Positions 11,461-23,937 are shown, counted from the stretch's first letter. The stretch is DNA of 64,000 nt from an uncultured Acidobacteriota bacterium (GCA_963809485.1 CAWEJX010000001.1:128001-192000); one strand, 5' to 3'. Notes: generated from the sequence alone by a model not told the origin. Numbers and translations are program-made.

Positions 11461-12736
11461 GGTTGGAGCTGCTTCCAGAGCCAGAGAGATCGGCCTTGCG
11501 CCGGGGGATCGGATACTGACTCTGAACGGCCGTGAAATATCCGATGAGCTTGCTCTCAGGTTCTACCTGTCCGGGGAAACTATCGAGCTGTGTGTCCAAC
11601 ACAAGGACGGGACCAAAGAATGCTTCGAAACTGATTTGCCCGAAGGCATGGATTTGGGTATTGCGGTCGAGGAATTCCGCACGCGAACCTGCAACAATTC
11701 CTGCATTTTCTGTTTTGTCGATCAACTGCCGCCCCATGTTCGGCCTGCGCTCAAGGTCAAAGACGACGATTACCGGCTATCCTTCCTCCACGGCAACTAC
11801 ATCACCCTAACCAACCTTTCCGGAAATGAACTGGATCGAATCATCGAGCAAAGGCTTTCACCGCTTTACGTCTCAATCCATGCAACCGATCCGGAACTGC
11901 GCACCAGGATTCTTGGACGGAAGAAAGCCGATGATTTCGAGGGAAAGCTCCTCAAGCTGGCCCGGGGGGGAATCCGTCTGCACGCTCAAATCGTTCTCAT
12001 GCCGGGGATTAACGATGACAGGCACCTGGAACAAACAGTTTTCGACCTTTATCGGCTTTATCCCTCCATGCAGTCTGTCGCCATTGTGCCGGTCGGGCTA
12101 TCCGGGCATGGAAGGCCCTCAACGCGCCTGTCCCCGGTCACGCCGGCTTTCTGCCGCAAGGTGATCCGACATGTACTCCCATGGCAGGAAGAGTTCCGAA
12201 AGCGAGCCGGAACAACTTTCGCCTATCTGGCCGACGAGTTTTATATACGCGGGCGAGAAGAGATTCCCGCGTTAGAGCATTACGACGAGTTTGCACAGAT
12301 TGAGGACGGCGTAGGAATGGTTCGAACATTTTTGGACGAATTCGAGGCCGAACTCAACCGGCGCAAAAGGCCTCCTGTTCGTTTGCTCGGCTCCCTGGTA
12401 ACCGGAAGGCTCTTCCATCCCACGCTACAGGCATGCATGGAACGTTTCAATCGCAGATTCGGAACCCATGTGCAGGTTTGCCGGGCGGCGAACCGGTTCA
12501 TGGGCAGAGGCATAACTGTGGCCGGTCTGCTTGCCGGGCAGGATATTTTTCATGCGTTGCGCCGAAGGGAGACAGGCAATTTTGTAATTATTCCTCAGGA
12601 AGCAGTGTCCCGAGGGGAGGGCCTCCTGATCGACGATTGGTCGGTTCCCGATCTGTCGGAACGACTCGGCAAGCCTGTCTATCCAAGCGGAAGAACCATC
12701 CGTGACTTTTTCGATCTGCTTTTTTTTAGGGATTAG
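11432..12736 (+). CDS. DUF512 family radical-SAM-like protein with N-terminal PDZ
   Basis: GLAPGDRILTLNG (PDZ), CNNSCIFCFVDQ, KDDDYRLSFLHGNYITLTN, QIEDGVG. Confidence 0.9.
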   Translation: MSKRGIRILEVGAASRAREIGLAPGDRILTLNGREISDELALRFYLSGETIELCVQHKDGTKECFETDLPEGMDLGIAVEEFRTRTCNNSCIFCFVDQLPPHVRPALKVKDDDYRLSFLHGNYITLTNLSGNELDRIIEQRLSPLYVSIHATDPELRTRILGRKKADDFEGKLLKLARGGIRLHAQIVLMPGINDDRHLEQTVFDLYRLYPSMQSVAIVPVGLSGHGRPSTRLSPVTPAFCRKVIRHVLPWQEEFRKRAGTTFAYLADEFYIRGREEIPALEHYDEFAQIEDGVGMVRTFLDEFEAELNRRKRPPVRLLGSLVTGRLFHPTLQACMERFNRRFGTHVQVCRAANRFMGRGITVAGLLAGQDIFHALRRRETGNFVIIPQEAVSRGEGLLIDDWSVPDLSERLGKPVYPSGRTIRDFFDLLFFRD

Positions 12737-12747
12737 GGATTAGGGAT
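12728..12747 (+). repeat. Heptamer tandem repeat (AGGGATT)x~3 overlapping the DUF512 stop
   Basis: agggatt agggatt agggat. The array resumes degenerately at 13179-13199 and has a complementary arm at 13259-13285. Confidence 0.8.
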
Positions 12748-12779
12748 CCATACGACACACAAAATGTGTCGTATGGATC
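12745..12779. repeat. 15-bp perfect inverted repeat (terminator or mini-element)
   Basis: gatccatacgacaca-caaaa-tgtgtcgtatggatc. Confidence 0.7.
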
Positions 12780-12904
12780 TGGATTTTGAACTCTGACATA
12801 AAAGCCACCTTCCCCGCGGCAAGGGAAAGGGCCATTTTTGCTGGGCGTGCGCCAGAAAGCTGAGAAAAGGAAATTGCAAAAGCTAAATGTTCTGGCATAG
12901 GCCG

Positions 12905-13178
12905 GCAAGAAGTATCCACCGGCAGAGCCGGAGGCTTTACGGTTGCAGGCCCCTCAAAGGGGCCTGATCGCAACCGACAAGATAAAACCGGTTTCGGGTG
13001 CAATGAACATCTGTAAGGGTTTTTGAGCCGCAGAATGTCGAATAACGAATGACGAATTTCGAAGTCGGGCCTAACTTCAGCGGTTCGACATCCGATATCA
13101 AATATTCGGGAAAGGCATGCTTCAGTATTTGTCAAACTGAGTCTGCCTCACCGGCGGAGCCGGTGGATCTCTCATTGA
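12905..13178 (-). mobile_element. Non-autonomous IS200/IS605-type element, family B
   Basis: End hairpins ccaccggcagagccggagg (12916-12934) and caccggcggagccggtg (13149-13165). It has a ctcaaag-loop hairpin and a tgtcaaact motif in the same positions as family A. A partial copy lies at 42525. Confidence 0.7.
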
Positions 13179-13412
13179 ATTAGGGGTTTGGGATTGGAGA
13201 TAACGCGGATTGGCTGGATATACCCGAACAGTGAAAACATTGGTTTTGCCGTGAGGACCTAATCCCCAATCCCTAATCTCTAATCACTATAAACAAGGAT
13301 TCGCTTGTAATGTAGGCGGTACTCTTGCAGAATTTATTGCCGCGGCCTGATCCGCCGGCATCTCGAGGGAAACGGATACAGGTTCAGCCTAGAAAATATG
13401 GGAGATTAGGCA

Positions 13413-13877
13413 ATGGCCAAAATAATCCAGGGAAAGCTGGATGCGAAGGGCAGTCGCTTTGCCATCGTCATCAGCCGATTCAATTCGTTCATCAGCGACA
13501 GGCTGCTAACGGGTGCGCTGGACGCATTGGAAAGACACGGAGCGTCCTCCGAGGACATTACCATCGTATGGGTCCCGGGTAGTTTTGAAGTTCCTACGGT
13601 AGCCAAAAAGCTGGCGTTGTCGAAGAAATACGATGCAGTGATATGCCTGGGCGCCCTTTTGCGCGGGGAGACGCCTCACTTTGAATACCTCTCCTCCACA
13701 GTGACAAAAGAGCTGGGAGCCATCGGACTGGATGCCGGGATTCCGGTTATCAACGGGATCCTGACCTGCAATACGATGGAGCAGGCGGTGGATCGAGCCG
13801 GGCTTAAAACCGGCAACAAAGGCTTCGACGCATCCATTACGGCTATCGAGATGATCGAGCTGATGAAACAGCTCTGA
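13413..13877 (+). CDS. ribH: 6,7-dimethyl-8-ribityllumazine synthase
   Basis: SRFN, VPGSFEVP, RGETPHFEY, GNKGFDA. Confidence 0.97.
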   Translation: MAKIIQGKLDAKGSRFAIVISRFNSFISDRLLTGALDALERHGASSEDITIVWVPGSFEVPTVAKKLALSKKYDAVICLGALLRGETPHFEYLSSTVTKELGAIGLDAGIPVINGILTCNTMEQAVDRAGLKTGNKGFDASITAIEMIELMKQL

Positions 13878-13915
13878 TCGATCCCGATCCCACGCACATT
13901 TCCGGAACCAAATCC

Positions 13916-14336
13916 ATGGGACTACGAAGGACTGCACGTGAATGCGCGCTCCAGATGTTGTACGAGCTGGACATAGGAAAGCATTCGAAGGATGAGATTC
14001 TGCGGACCTTCTGGCAGATGAACGAGCATCCCCAGAAGGTCCGCGATTTCGCCGGCCAGCTCTTTGAGGGAACGGTTCAAAGGCTGAAGGAAATTGACAA
14101 GGTAATCCAGCAGCACACCAAAAACTGGCGCCTGGGGAGAATGGCGGCCGTAGATCGAAATGTTCTCAGGATTGCCGTGTTCGAATTCCTTTCGGGCAGC
14201 CGTACGCCGGAAACAGTCGTCATCAACGAAGCCCTTGAAATTGCCAAGAAGTTCTCCACGGCAGATTCGGCCCAGTTTGTCAACGGAATCCTGGACAGCA
14301 TCAAAAACGATCTGATGGAAAAGAGGCGAAGGAGCA

Positions 14337-14353
<17 letters not shown>
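13916..14353 (+). CDS. nusB: Transcription antitermination factor NusB
   Basis: [41 protein letters not shown]. Confidence 0.97.
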
Positions 14354-15832
<1,479 letters not shown>

Positions 15833-15842
<10 letters not shown>

Positions 15843-15952
15843 CGAATTGAAAAACAAGCGTACCTTAACAATTCAAAACAGCTCTATCGGTCGTCAACGG
15901 TTTTCCTTCGCCTTAGCTTTATTTCGCAATCCGTCATTCATAATTCGTAATT
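15833..15952. repeat. Heptamer (TGACGAA-type) repeats forming an inverted pair at the lysS 3' end
   Basis: tgacgaatgacgaattgaa overlaps the stop; the complementary ttcgcaatccgtcattcataattcgtaattc lies at about 15922-15952. Confidence 0.65.
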
Positions 15953-15972
15953 CTTAGGTATAGACCTCCGAC

Positions 15973-17229
15973 ATGAAATTTGAATTTTTTATAGCGCTTC
16001 GATATCTCCGGGCCAGACGCAAACAAACCATGGTCTCGGTGATCTCCGCAATCTCGGTGTTGGGCATTGCGGCAGGGGTTATGGCACTTGTGATTGCTCT
16101 GGCGCTCTCGACCGGTTTCAAGGAGGATATCCAGAGCAAGATAATCGGCGCGACATCCGCAATCAACCTGATTCGGATCGACAGCACTCCCCTACCCAAC
16201 TACGAGGCATTGCTCCGCAGGATCGGCAATACACCCCGCGTGACCGGCAGCGCTCCTGCCATTCTGAACCAGGTGTTCGTTGCCAGCTCAACCCGCAATC
16301 AGGGCGCTGCGCTCAAAGGCATTGACCCGGTCCGGGAAAAGCAGGTGTCCGATTTTTTTTCACATGTCGTATCGGGAGATCCCCGGGCTCTGGAAAAGCG
16401 GGAGACGTTTTTGCCGGGCGACTCCGCTCCGCCCCCCGACAAAATCATTATAGGCAAGGAGATGGCCAGAGCCATGGGCGTGGAGATGGGAGAAACGCTG
16501 AAGGTCTTCTATCCCCTGGGGAGGCTGACTCCTCTGGGGATGACGGCCTCTGAGAAAACGTTTCGCGTCGCGGCGGTCTTCGAGTCCGGCCTATACGATA
16601 TCGATTCAAACTGGGCTTATGTCCATATAGACTCCGCCCGCCGCCTTTTCTCCTTCCCTCCCGGGTCGGCATCGGTCATTCAGTTCAAGACGGACGATCT
16701 CGACGACGCCGATGCCATAGCCGATGAAATCCGGGCCAAAGCCGGTTCGGGATTTTACACAACGACCTGGATGGAGACCAACAAGCCGCTCTTTTCAGCC
16801 CTGAAACTGGAAAAGCTGGTGTTGTTTCTCACAATAGGACTGATTGTTTTTGTCGCTTCCCTGAATATCGTAACCACTCTCATCATGATGGTGCTTGAAA
16901 AACAGGGAGACATAGCGATCCTCACGGCCATGGGAGCGACCGCCCGGACGATTCAAAGGGTGTTCATGCTGCAGGGCCTGATCATCGGGCTTGCGGGAAC
17001 CTTCCTGGGTGATTTGCTTGGCGTAGGCATCAGCTGGGTTCTGAACACCTACAAACTGATCCGGCTGGAAGCTGCGGTGTACAGCATCCCCTATGTCCCG
17101 TTCCACGTAAGAGCCTGGGATGTAGCTCTGGTTTCCGTAACCGCGATCCTGATCAGTTACCTGGCAACGATTTACCCCGCGCGGAACGCGGCGAAGCTCG
17201 ATCCGGTAGAGGTTTTGCGCTATGAATAG
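15973..17229 (+). CDS. lolE: Lipoprotein-releasing ABC transporter permease LolC/E
   Basis: FIALRYLRARRKQ, ISVLGIAAGVMAL, YPARNAAKLDPVEVLRYE. Confidence 0.92.
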   Translation: MKFEFFIALRYLRARRKQTMVSVISAISVLGIAAGVMALVIALALSTGFKEDIQSKIIGATSAINLIRIDSTPLPNYEALLRRIGNTPRVTGSAPAILNQVFVASSTRNQGAALKGIDPVREKQVSDFFSHVVSGDPRALEKRETFLPGDSAPPPDKIIIGKEMARAMGVEMGETLKVFYPLGRLTPLGMTASEKTFRVAAVFESGLYDIDSNWAYVHIDSARRLFSFPPGSASVIQFKTDDLDDADAIADEIRAKAGSGFYTTTWMETNKPLFSALKLEKLVLFLTIGLIVFVASLNIVTTLIMMVLEKQGDIAILTAMGATARTIQRVFMLQGLIIGLAGTFLGDLLGVGISWVLNTYKLIRLEAAVYSIPYVPFHVRAWDVALVSVTAILISYLATIYPARNAAKLDPVEVLRYE

Positions 17230-17941
17230 GATCATCGACGTGCGCGAAGTTCACAAAAGCTATCGCTATGGAGAGCAGCCTTTGGAGGTTCTCACCGGTC
17301 TCAGTCTTGCAGCCGATGAAGGGGAAATGATCGGAATAACAGGAGTTTCGGGCTCGGGCAAAAGCACTCTACTGCATCTCCTGGGAGGAATGGATCGTCC
17401 GGACCGCGGATCGATCGGGATCCTGGGCCAGGAGCTTTCCGGATTAGGCCGGACGGAATTGTCCGACTTCCGCAACCGGATCATCGGTTTCGTCTTTCAG
17501 TTCCACCACCTGCTGCCGGAATTTACGGCTCTGGAAAACGTCATGATGCCCCTGCTGCTCAGGGGAATGCTGCAGACGGAGGCTGCGCCCACGGCCGCGG
17601 CCATGCTGGCTGAAGTGGGATTGGACAAGCGCAACCATCATCGCCCCGGCGAGCTATCCGGCGGGGAGCAGCAGCGGGTGGCGCTGGCCAGGGCCCTGAT
17701 CGGCAATCCGCGTCTCCTGCTTGCGGATGAGCCCACGGGCAACGTCGATCCGCAGACGGGCCAGGCTATCGGTGAATTGCTAAAAGGACTCCATGGCAGG
17801 CATAGCCTGACCTCCATCATTGTCACTCACAACGAAAAACTCGCTCGAATCTGCTCGCGCGTCTATCGTCTGGAAAACGGCAAACTGAATGACGAATTAC
17901 GAATGACAAGTCAGGCACCTCCGGCAAAGCCGGAGGCTTGA
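17222..17941 (+). CDS. lolD: Lipoprotein-releasing ABC ATPase LolD; stop codon lies inside the inserted element
   Basis: GVSGSGKST, FQFHHLLPEF, LSGGEQQR, LADEPTGN. Confidence 0.92.
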   Translation: MNRIIDVREVHKSYRYGEQPLEVLTGLSLAADEGEMIGITGVSGSGKSTLLHLLGGMDRPDRGSIGILGQELSGLGRTELSDFRNRIIGFVFQFHHLLPEFTALENVMMPLLLRGMLQTEAAPTAAAMLAEVGLDKRNHHRPGELSGGEQQRVALARALIGNPRLLLADEPTGNVDPQTGQAIGELLKGLHGRHSLTSIIVTHNEKLARICSRVYRLENGKLNDELRMTSQAPPAKPEA

Positions 17942-18196
17942 AAGATTTGAACCGCTCAAAGCGGTTGGAGGAGTTACGCCGGTCTTGAACGCTGACTTAC
18001 GCGGGCAAAAGCCGATGAGGCGCTTCCGATGGAGTTTTCTGCGGGGATCGGAAGCGCCTCATCGGCTTTTGCTCGCCGACCCTCGCCGAACAAATCGGCG
18101 TTTGTCAGCGCTTTTGTCAGCGTTTCTCAGCGCTTCAAAATACGGAGCTGTCAAACTCTTTGAGTTCCCCGGCAGAGCCGGGGGTTTACCAATGTA
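17910..18196 (-). mobile_element. Non-autonomous IS200/IS605-type element, family A copy 2 (287 bp)
   Basis: Terminal hairpins, plus a central 26-bp perfect inverted repeat (18005-18030 / 18047-18072). Removing the element restores the heptamer register and an in-frame lolD stop. Confidence 0.85.
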
Positions 18197-18352
18197 ATTG
18201 CGAATGAACGATCATGGGGCGCTTTTTGGCGTGTCCGATCCTGACTCCTGTAAGGTCCTATCAAACCTGAATCTGTCCCGGCCAGTACTGCAAATCTTGC
18301 CCCGGTTAATATTTATGATTTCAATTCATCCTTCGCAGATCGGATTGCGACT

Positions 18353-18381
18353 TTGAAGTTTTCCGGCTCAATCCGTATAAT
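18353..18381 (+). promoter_or_regulatory. Sigma70-type promoter of clpC
   Basis: TTGAAG-17 bp-TATAAT ending 32 bp before the ATG. Confidence 0.7.
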
Positions 18382-18413
18382 TAAAAGCAGCTTGGGAGCA
18401 CGGTCAGAGCGCT

Positions 18414-20852
18414 ATGTTTGAAAAATATACCGAAAAGGCTAGAAGGATCATATTCTTTGCGCGCTACGAGGCGAATCAGTTCGGCAGCCCGTACATAGAA
18501 ACAGAGCACCTGCTGCTCGGTTTGATCCGGGAGGACAAAAATTTAACCGCTCGTTTCTTTCCCCGGGCAAATGCTACCATCCAGGACATACGCAAGGAGA
18601 TCGAGGGCCGAACACAGGTCCACGAAAGAGTCTCCACTTCTGTCGACCTGCCCTTCTCCGAAGAGAGCAAACGGGTTCTCAACAGTGCGGCCGAGGAATC
18701 CGAGCGTTTCGGCCACAAATATATCGGGGTGGAACATATCCTCCTGGGTCTCCTTCAGGAAGGCAAATCGGTGGCCGCTGGAATTTTACGGGAGCACGGG
18801 CTCCGCGCGGCAATGATCCGTGAAGAGTTCAGCCGCGGCGTTTCCGAAAAACACGCCCAGAACCGATCCAGGGAGCCTTTGAGCCTGGCGGAGTTTTCGC
18901 GGGATCTGACGGAAGCAGCCGGTATGGGTGTGCTGGATCCGCTGATTGGCAGGGAAACGGAAATCGAGCGCATGATCCAGATCCTCTGCCGCCGGACCAA
19001 GAACAATCCTGTTCTCATCGGAGAACCCGGCGTCGGCAAAACCGCGATTGTTGAAGGCCTGGCTCAAAGAATCGTCCGAGGACAGGTGCCGCCGCAGCTT
19101 TCGGACCGGAAGATCCTGGCGCTGGATATCTCGCTCATCGTCGCCGGAACGAAGTATCGCGGCCAGTTTGAAGAGCGATTGAAAACGATCATGAAGGAGC
19201 TGGCAGAGAACCGGAACCTGATTGTTTTTGTGGATGAGCTGCACACGCTCATAGGGGCAGGCTCGGCGGAAGGATCGCTGGATGCCGCAAACATACTCAA
19301 GCCGGCCCTCTCCCGGGGCGAAATTCAATGCATCGGCTCTTCAACTCCCCATGAATTCCGCCGCTCGATCGAGAAAGACCGGTCCCTGGAGCGTCGTTTC
19401 CAGGCGATCAAAGTCCCGCCTCCTTCCGAGCGGGAGAGTGTCGAAATTCTGAACGGCATCAAGGACAAATACGAGAGCTTTCATGCATTGGAATACACCG
19501 GTGAAGCATTGGAGGCTGCCGTCTACCTCTCCAGCCGCTATATCCCGGACCGGTTCCTGCCGGACAAAGCCATCGACCTCATCGATGAAGCGGGCGCGCG
19601 GGTTAAGCTTCGGAATTCCACCATACCGGAGGAGATGGTCCGTACTCAGAGAAAAATCCAGGTGATAGATGACAGGATCGATAGCGCCATCTCGTCTCGG
19701 GAATTTGAGAAAGCGGCACGCTATCGGCTTGAAGAAGACCAGGAGCAGGCGAACCTCCGGGTAATCCGGGAACGCTGGAGCCTGCAGCCGGTCGCCCCTG
19801 TCAAGGTAAACCGCGAGGACATCGAGGAAGTGATTTCCAAGTGGACCGGCATCCCGATAACTTCCATCCAGGAAGAGGAAATGACCAAGCTTCTCCGGAT
19901 GGAAGAAGAGCTGCATAAACGGCTGATAGGCCAGGACCGCGCTATCCGGGCCCTGAGCAAGGCCATCCGCCGATCCCGGGCAGGATTGAAATCCCCCAAG
20001 CGGCCGGTCGGATCTTTTCTTTTTCTCGGGCCTACCGGTGTGGGCAAAACCGAAACTGCCCGTTCCCTGGCTGCGTTTCTTTTCGGCAGCGAGAGCGCCA
20101 TGATCCGCCTCGATATGTCCGAGTACATGGAAAAGCATTCGGTATCCAAATTGATCGGCTCCCCTCCCGGGTATGTAGGGCATGAAGAGGGCGGCCAGCT
20201 GACGGAAAAGGTCAAGCGCAATCCCTACTCCGTCCTGCTTCTGGATGAAATCGAAAAAGCGCACCCGGATGTCTTCAATATACTGCTGCAGGTTTTCGAA
20301 GATGGCCAGCTGACGGATTCTTTGGGTAACACCATCGATTTCAAAAATACCATTATCATCATGACGTCCAATATCGGCGCGCGTTTTTTGGAGAAGCGCG
20401 GGAACCTGGGCTTTCGCACGGGAACGGCATCCGATGCCCGTCAGATGGAGGACCTGATCCACAGCGAGGTCAAACGCGTATTCAACCCGGAGTTTCTCAA
20501 TCGCCTTGACGAAATCATTCTTTTCGAATCCCTTACGGATGAGGATCTTGAAAACATTGTGGATCTGCTCATCGGCATGGTGAATGAAGTCATGAAGCAG
20601 AAGCGGCTGACTATCCTCCTGCGGCCTGATGCGAGAAAGTGGATCGTGGCAAAAACCTGCCACGACCGATCTTACGGCGCACGACCTCTTCGCCGGGCGA
20701 TTCAGAAATACATCGAGGACCCGCTTTCCGAGCGGATCATCCAAAACCGTGTTCAGGCGGATTCCATTCTTGAAATTTGCGTGCACAACGATGCTCTTCA
20801 TTTGATGCGAAGCGGGGATTCTCCGGATTCCGGCCTGAAACTTCCGCTTTGA
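18414..20852 (+). CDS. clpC: ATP-dependent Clp protease ATP-binding subunit ClpC
   Basis: Clp-N repeats (TEHLLLGL), two AAA modules GEPGVGKT and GPTGVGKT, short middle domain, and an LGF ClpP-docking loop. Confidence 0.93.
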   Translation: MFEKYTEKARRIIFFARYEANQFGSPYIETEHLLLGLIREDKNLTARFFPRANATIQDIRKEIEGRTQVHERVSTSVDLPFSEESKRVLNSAAEESERFGHKYIGVEHILLGLLQEGKSVAAGILREHGLRAAMIREEFSRGVSEKHAQNRSREPLSLAEFSRDLTEAAGMGVLDPLIGRETEIERMIQILCRRTKNNPVLIGEPGVGKTAIVEGLAQRIVRGQVPPQLSDRKILALDISLIVAGTKYRGQFEERLKTIMKELAENRNLIVFVDELHTLIGAGSAEGSLDAANILKPALSRGEIQCIGSSTPHEFRRSIEKDRSLERRFQAIKVPPPSERESVEILNGIKDKYESFHALEYTGEALEAAVYLSSRYIPDRFLPDKAIDLIDEAGARVKLRNSTIPEEMVRTQRKIQVIDDRIDSAISSREFEKAARYRLEEDQEQANLRVIRERWSLQPVAPVKVNREDIEEVISKWTGIPITSIQEEEMTKLLRMEEELHKRLIGQDRAIRALSKAIRRSRAGLKSPKRPVGSFLFLGPTGVGKTETARSLAAFLFGSESAMIRLDMSEYMEKHSVSKLIGSPPGYVGHEEGGQLTEKVKRNPYSVLLLDEIEKAHPDVFNILLQVFEDGQLTDSLGNTIDFKNTIIIMTSNIGARFLEKRGNLGFRTGTASDARQMEDLIHSEVKRVFNPEFLNRLDEIILFESLTDEDLENIVDLLIGMVNEVMKQKRLTILLRPDARKWIVAKTCHDRSYGARPLRRAIQKYIEDPLSERIIQNRVQADSILEICVHNDALHLMRSGDSPDSGLKLPL

Positions 20853-21221
20853 GGACCGGACGCCGAACGCCAGGCTGCAAAAAAAATTGAACCCTTTACG
20901 ACCGCCGGAGTCTATAGCAGGTATCCCGGGATATCTGGCATGGGGAGGTTGTGTATAAAGCGCTTAATCCGCTTTAATCAAAGGATTTCCGGGTGAAGCG
21001 CACCATGGGGCTTTTCTGTTCCGGTCCAAGGTTTGCTGTAACCTGCAGCCTTGAAGCTGGAATCCTCGATCAGGAATTCATGCATCTGTTTGAGCCTGCG
21101 AGGCACGAATGCACTGAGAAATATGGGCTACCCCGCAGGGCGAGACTCATGCTGGATTTCACGGGCTGTTTTAACTAAGATAAGGGTTTACTTTTTAGAA
21201 TGTCGAGCGGCGGGAGGATCG

Positions 21222-23808
21222 ATGGCCAAATCAGTCAGGCGGGGAATCTGCATTTTGTGGTTCCTTGTATCAGGCATTGCAGCTTTTGCCCAGAGCACCA
21301 ACGCACCTACAATCGAGCGCATCGACATCCGGGGCAACCGAAGGATTCCGGAAGAGACTATACGCTTCTACATCCAGACCCGGCCCGGCGAACCCTATGA
21401 CGAGGGACGGCTGGAATTTGATCTCAGGGCGCTTTATAAGGCCAATTTTTTCGAAAATATAGAAGTTCAGGAAAGGGATGGAGACACAGGCAAAATTATC
21501 ACCTTCATTTTGAAGGAAAAACCTCTCATCCGATCCATTGAGTATGTCGGCAATAAAGCCTTCACTGAGTCCAATATCCTCGATGAGTTTAAGGAAAAGA
21601 AAGTCGGGCTGACGGTCGACAGCCAGTACGATCCCGCCAAAATCCGCTCGGCCGAAAGGGTTCTAAAGGATTTGATGACCCAGAACGGAAAACCCCTGGG
21701 AAGCATCCGCACGGAAATAGAGAACATTCCGCCTTCGAGTGTAAAGGTGCGCTTCGTGATGGACGAAGGCCCGAAGGTTCGCATCGGGCAGATACGGTTC
21801 GTCGGCGACAAAGTGTTCAGCGATGGAGAACTCAAGGGCGCCCTTAAGCTCGACAAAGAGCGGAACATGGTTACGATGTTCAAGGGCACGGACAAATACC
21901 ACAAAGACAAGCTGGACGCGGACATCGAAATGAACCTGAAAGCTTTTTACAAGGAACACGGCTATATGCAGGTCCAGGTGGGAGAACCCGTAACCCGCAT
22001 TTTTGAGGGACCTCGCGGGATGATGCCGTTCATGCGGAAGACGCGCCAGCAGTTTTATATTGAAATTCCAATCGAGGCGGGGGATCAATACCGGCATCGG
22101 GAAACTGGAATTGGAGAATTGCGGCAACTTCAAATGCGATGCGCTGGCCACAACCTTCGGCCTGAAACCGGGGGACGTCGTTGACTTCAAAAAAATCAAG
22201 GATACCCTCGAGCAGATTAAGAAGCTGTACGGCAATTTCGGCTATATCAACTGGTCCTACCTGCCCGAACAGAGGTTTGATCCCCAAAAAAAGACGATGG
22301 ACCTGGTGCTGAAATTCGAGCCGGACAAGCAATTTTTCGTCAAGCGCATCAATTTCCTGGGGAACACCAAGACGCGCGACAAGGTTATGCGCCGCGAGTT
22401 CATACTGGAGGAAGGAAAAATCTTCAGCAGCGCAGCGCTGGACGCTTCCGTCCTGCGCCTGAATCAACTGGGATTCTTCGAGAAGATCGAGGAAAAAGAT
22501 TATGAAGTGAAGCCCGACGATAAAAGCGGGCAGGTCGACGTGAACCTCACGGTGAAAGAAAAAAGCCAGCAATCCATAGGATTCACGGGAGGTGTAAGCG
22601 GCATTTCGGGAAGCTTCATCGGGTTGAACTATTCGACCAACAATTTCCTTGGCCGGGGCGAAACGCTGGATGTCAGCGTTACGGCCGGCACCCGAACCAC
22701 GAATTTCATGGTCTCCTTCACCGAGCCTTATCTGCTTGACACCCGGTGGAGCATGGGGCTTTCGCTATATAACACGCGCTACCGCTACGACACTTATAAC
22801 GTCTATGGAGTGGCCAATTATACTACGGGTGAACCTACGGAACTGTTCACCCAGAAGACAAAGGGAACGACCGTCACCATGAACCGCCGTCTGGGGCATT
22901 CCATGTGGTCCTTCGGCGCCAGTTACAGCTTTCAGAAGATCGGGATCTCTGACATCGCGCCGGGCTATGAACAGTACGCTTTGAGTCAGTTCGTTGGCTA
23001 TACGACAAGCAACGATCCCGAGGATGCCCTGCAGGGAATACTCCGAAGTGAAATCACTCCGATGCTGAGCTACAACTCGACCAACGCCTACTTCAATGCA
23101 ACCCGCGGCACCAGCCTAAACCTTTCGACTGCGGTTTCGGGCGGAATTCTCGGCGGCGATTTCAGCATGATTCGTCCGGTAGCTGAATACCGCCATTTTT
23201 TTTCGGACCGGTGGCTCAGCGGCGGTCACAACGTCTTCGCCTTCAGACTGATGGGGCAATACATTCAACCCTATCATGGATCCTATATCCCGTTCTATGA
23301 ACGCTTCTACATCGGCGGCGAAGACACCATTCGCGGATTCGATATCCGGTCGATCAGCCCCCTGGCGGTATTTTCAACCCCGCTATTCGACACCCACGGA
23401 AATCCGATTATAGACCTCAAGACCGGGCTGCCTGCGGTGAGCTACAATATCACTGCCGTGGGAGGAGATACCGTTGGAATCATGAACTTTGAGTATCGGA
23501 TACCGGTTGCCGGCCCGTTATCTATCGCAGCATTTTATGACGTGGGGATATCCCGGGTTTCTCGAACGAGTTCACTGGGAGATATGGGAGCAAGCAGCGT
23601 ACAGATGGTTCCTGCTTCCAACAACAAGGTGCACGGGTCGACGGGAGTGGAAATACAGTTCATACTCCCCGTGGTAAGCGCACCCTTCCGCTTAATCTTC
23701 GCGTACAACCCTCAGAGACTTAACGAAACCGTCAATGTGGGAGACCGGTCCATCACGCTGAAAGAACCCAGCAGGGACATCAAGTTCACGGTCGGACGCA
23801 GTTTCTGA
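21222..23808 (+). CDS. bamA: Outer membrane protein assembly factor BamA (one-base insertion near 22095)
   Basis: Signal peptide, five POTRA starts, NFLGRGE, RFYIGGEDTIRGF, C-terminal FTVGRSF. The two ORFs join as QYR/IGKLEL. Confidence 0.93.
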
Positions 23809-23937
23809 TTCCTCTTTGCCCGGAACGTGAACTGTAGTAAATTTAAGGGTTTTAGGCGATTCCCGGATTTTTTTCCGGGGAATTCCAACAATTCGGCCCG
23901 GCGGAGCCGGGCTGAATTTTAAAGGAGATCAGGGTAA

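Noticed and set aside
12728-12747. Telomere-like TTAGGG repeat or CRISPR array
   Set aside because: The period is 7 with only about 3 units, and there is no repeat-spacer structure or cas gene.
12740-13410. FMN riboswitch upstream of ribH
   Set aside because: The conserved RFN motifs were not found, and the structure is explained by repeats and the family B element.
19341-20801. Long antisense ORFs (opposite clpC, the TonB receptor, purH and others)
   Set aside because: They are shadow frames expected in GC-rich coding DNA, with no recognisable motifs.
22080-22110. Split bamA as a programmed frameshift or two-gene BamA
   Set aside because: One extra base with no slippery sequence in an essential gene; similar indels occur in gap and fbaA, so it is most likely a sequencing error.
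23890-23918. CCGGC-GGA-GCCGG hairpin before skp as another element end
   Set aside because: It lacks the adjacent family A/B motifs and is more simply an intercistronic mRNA hairpin.
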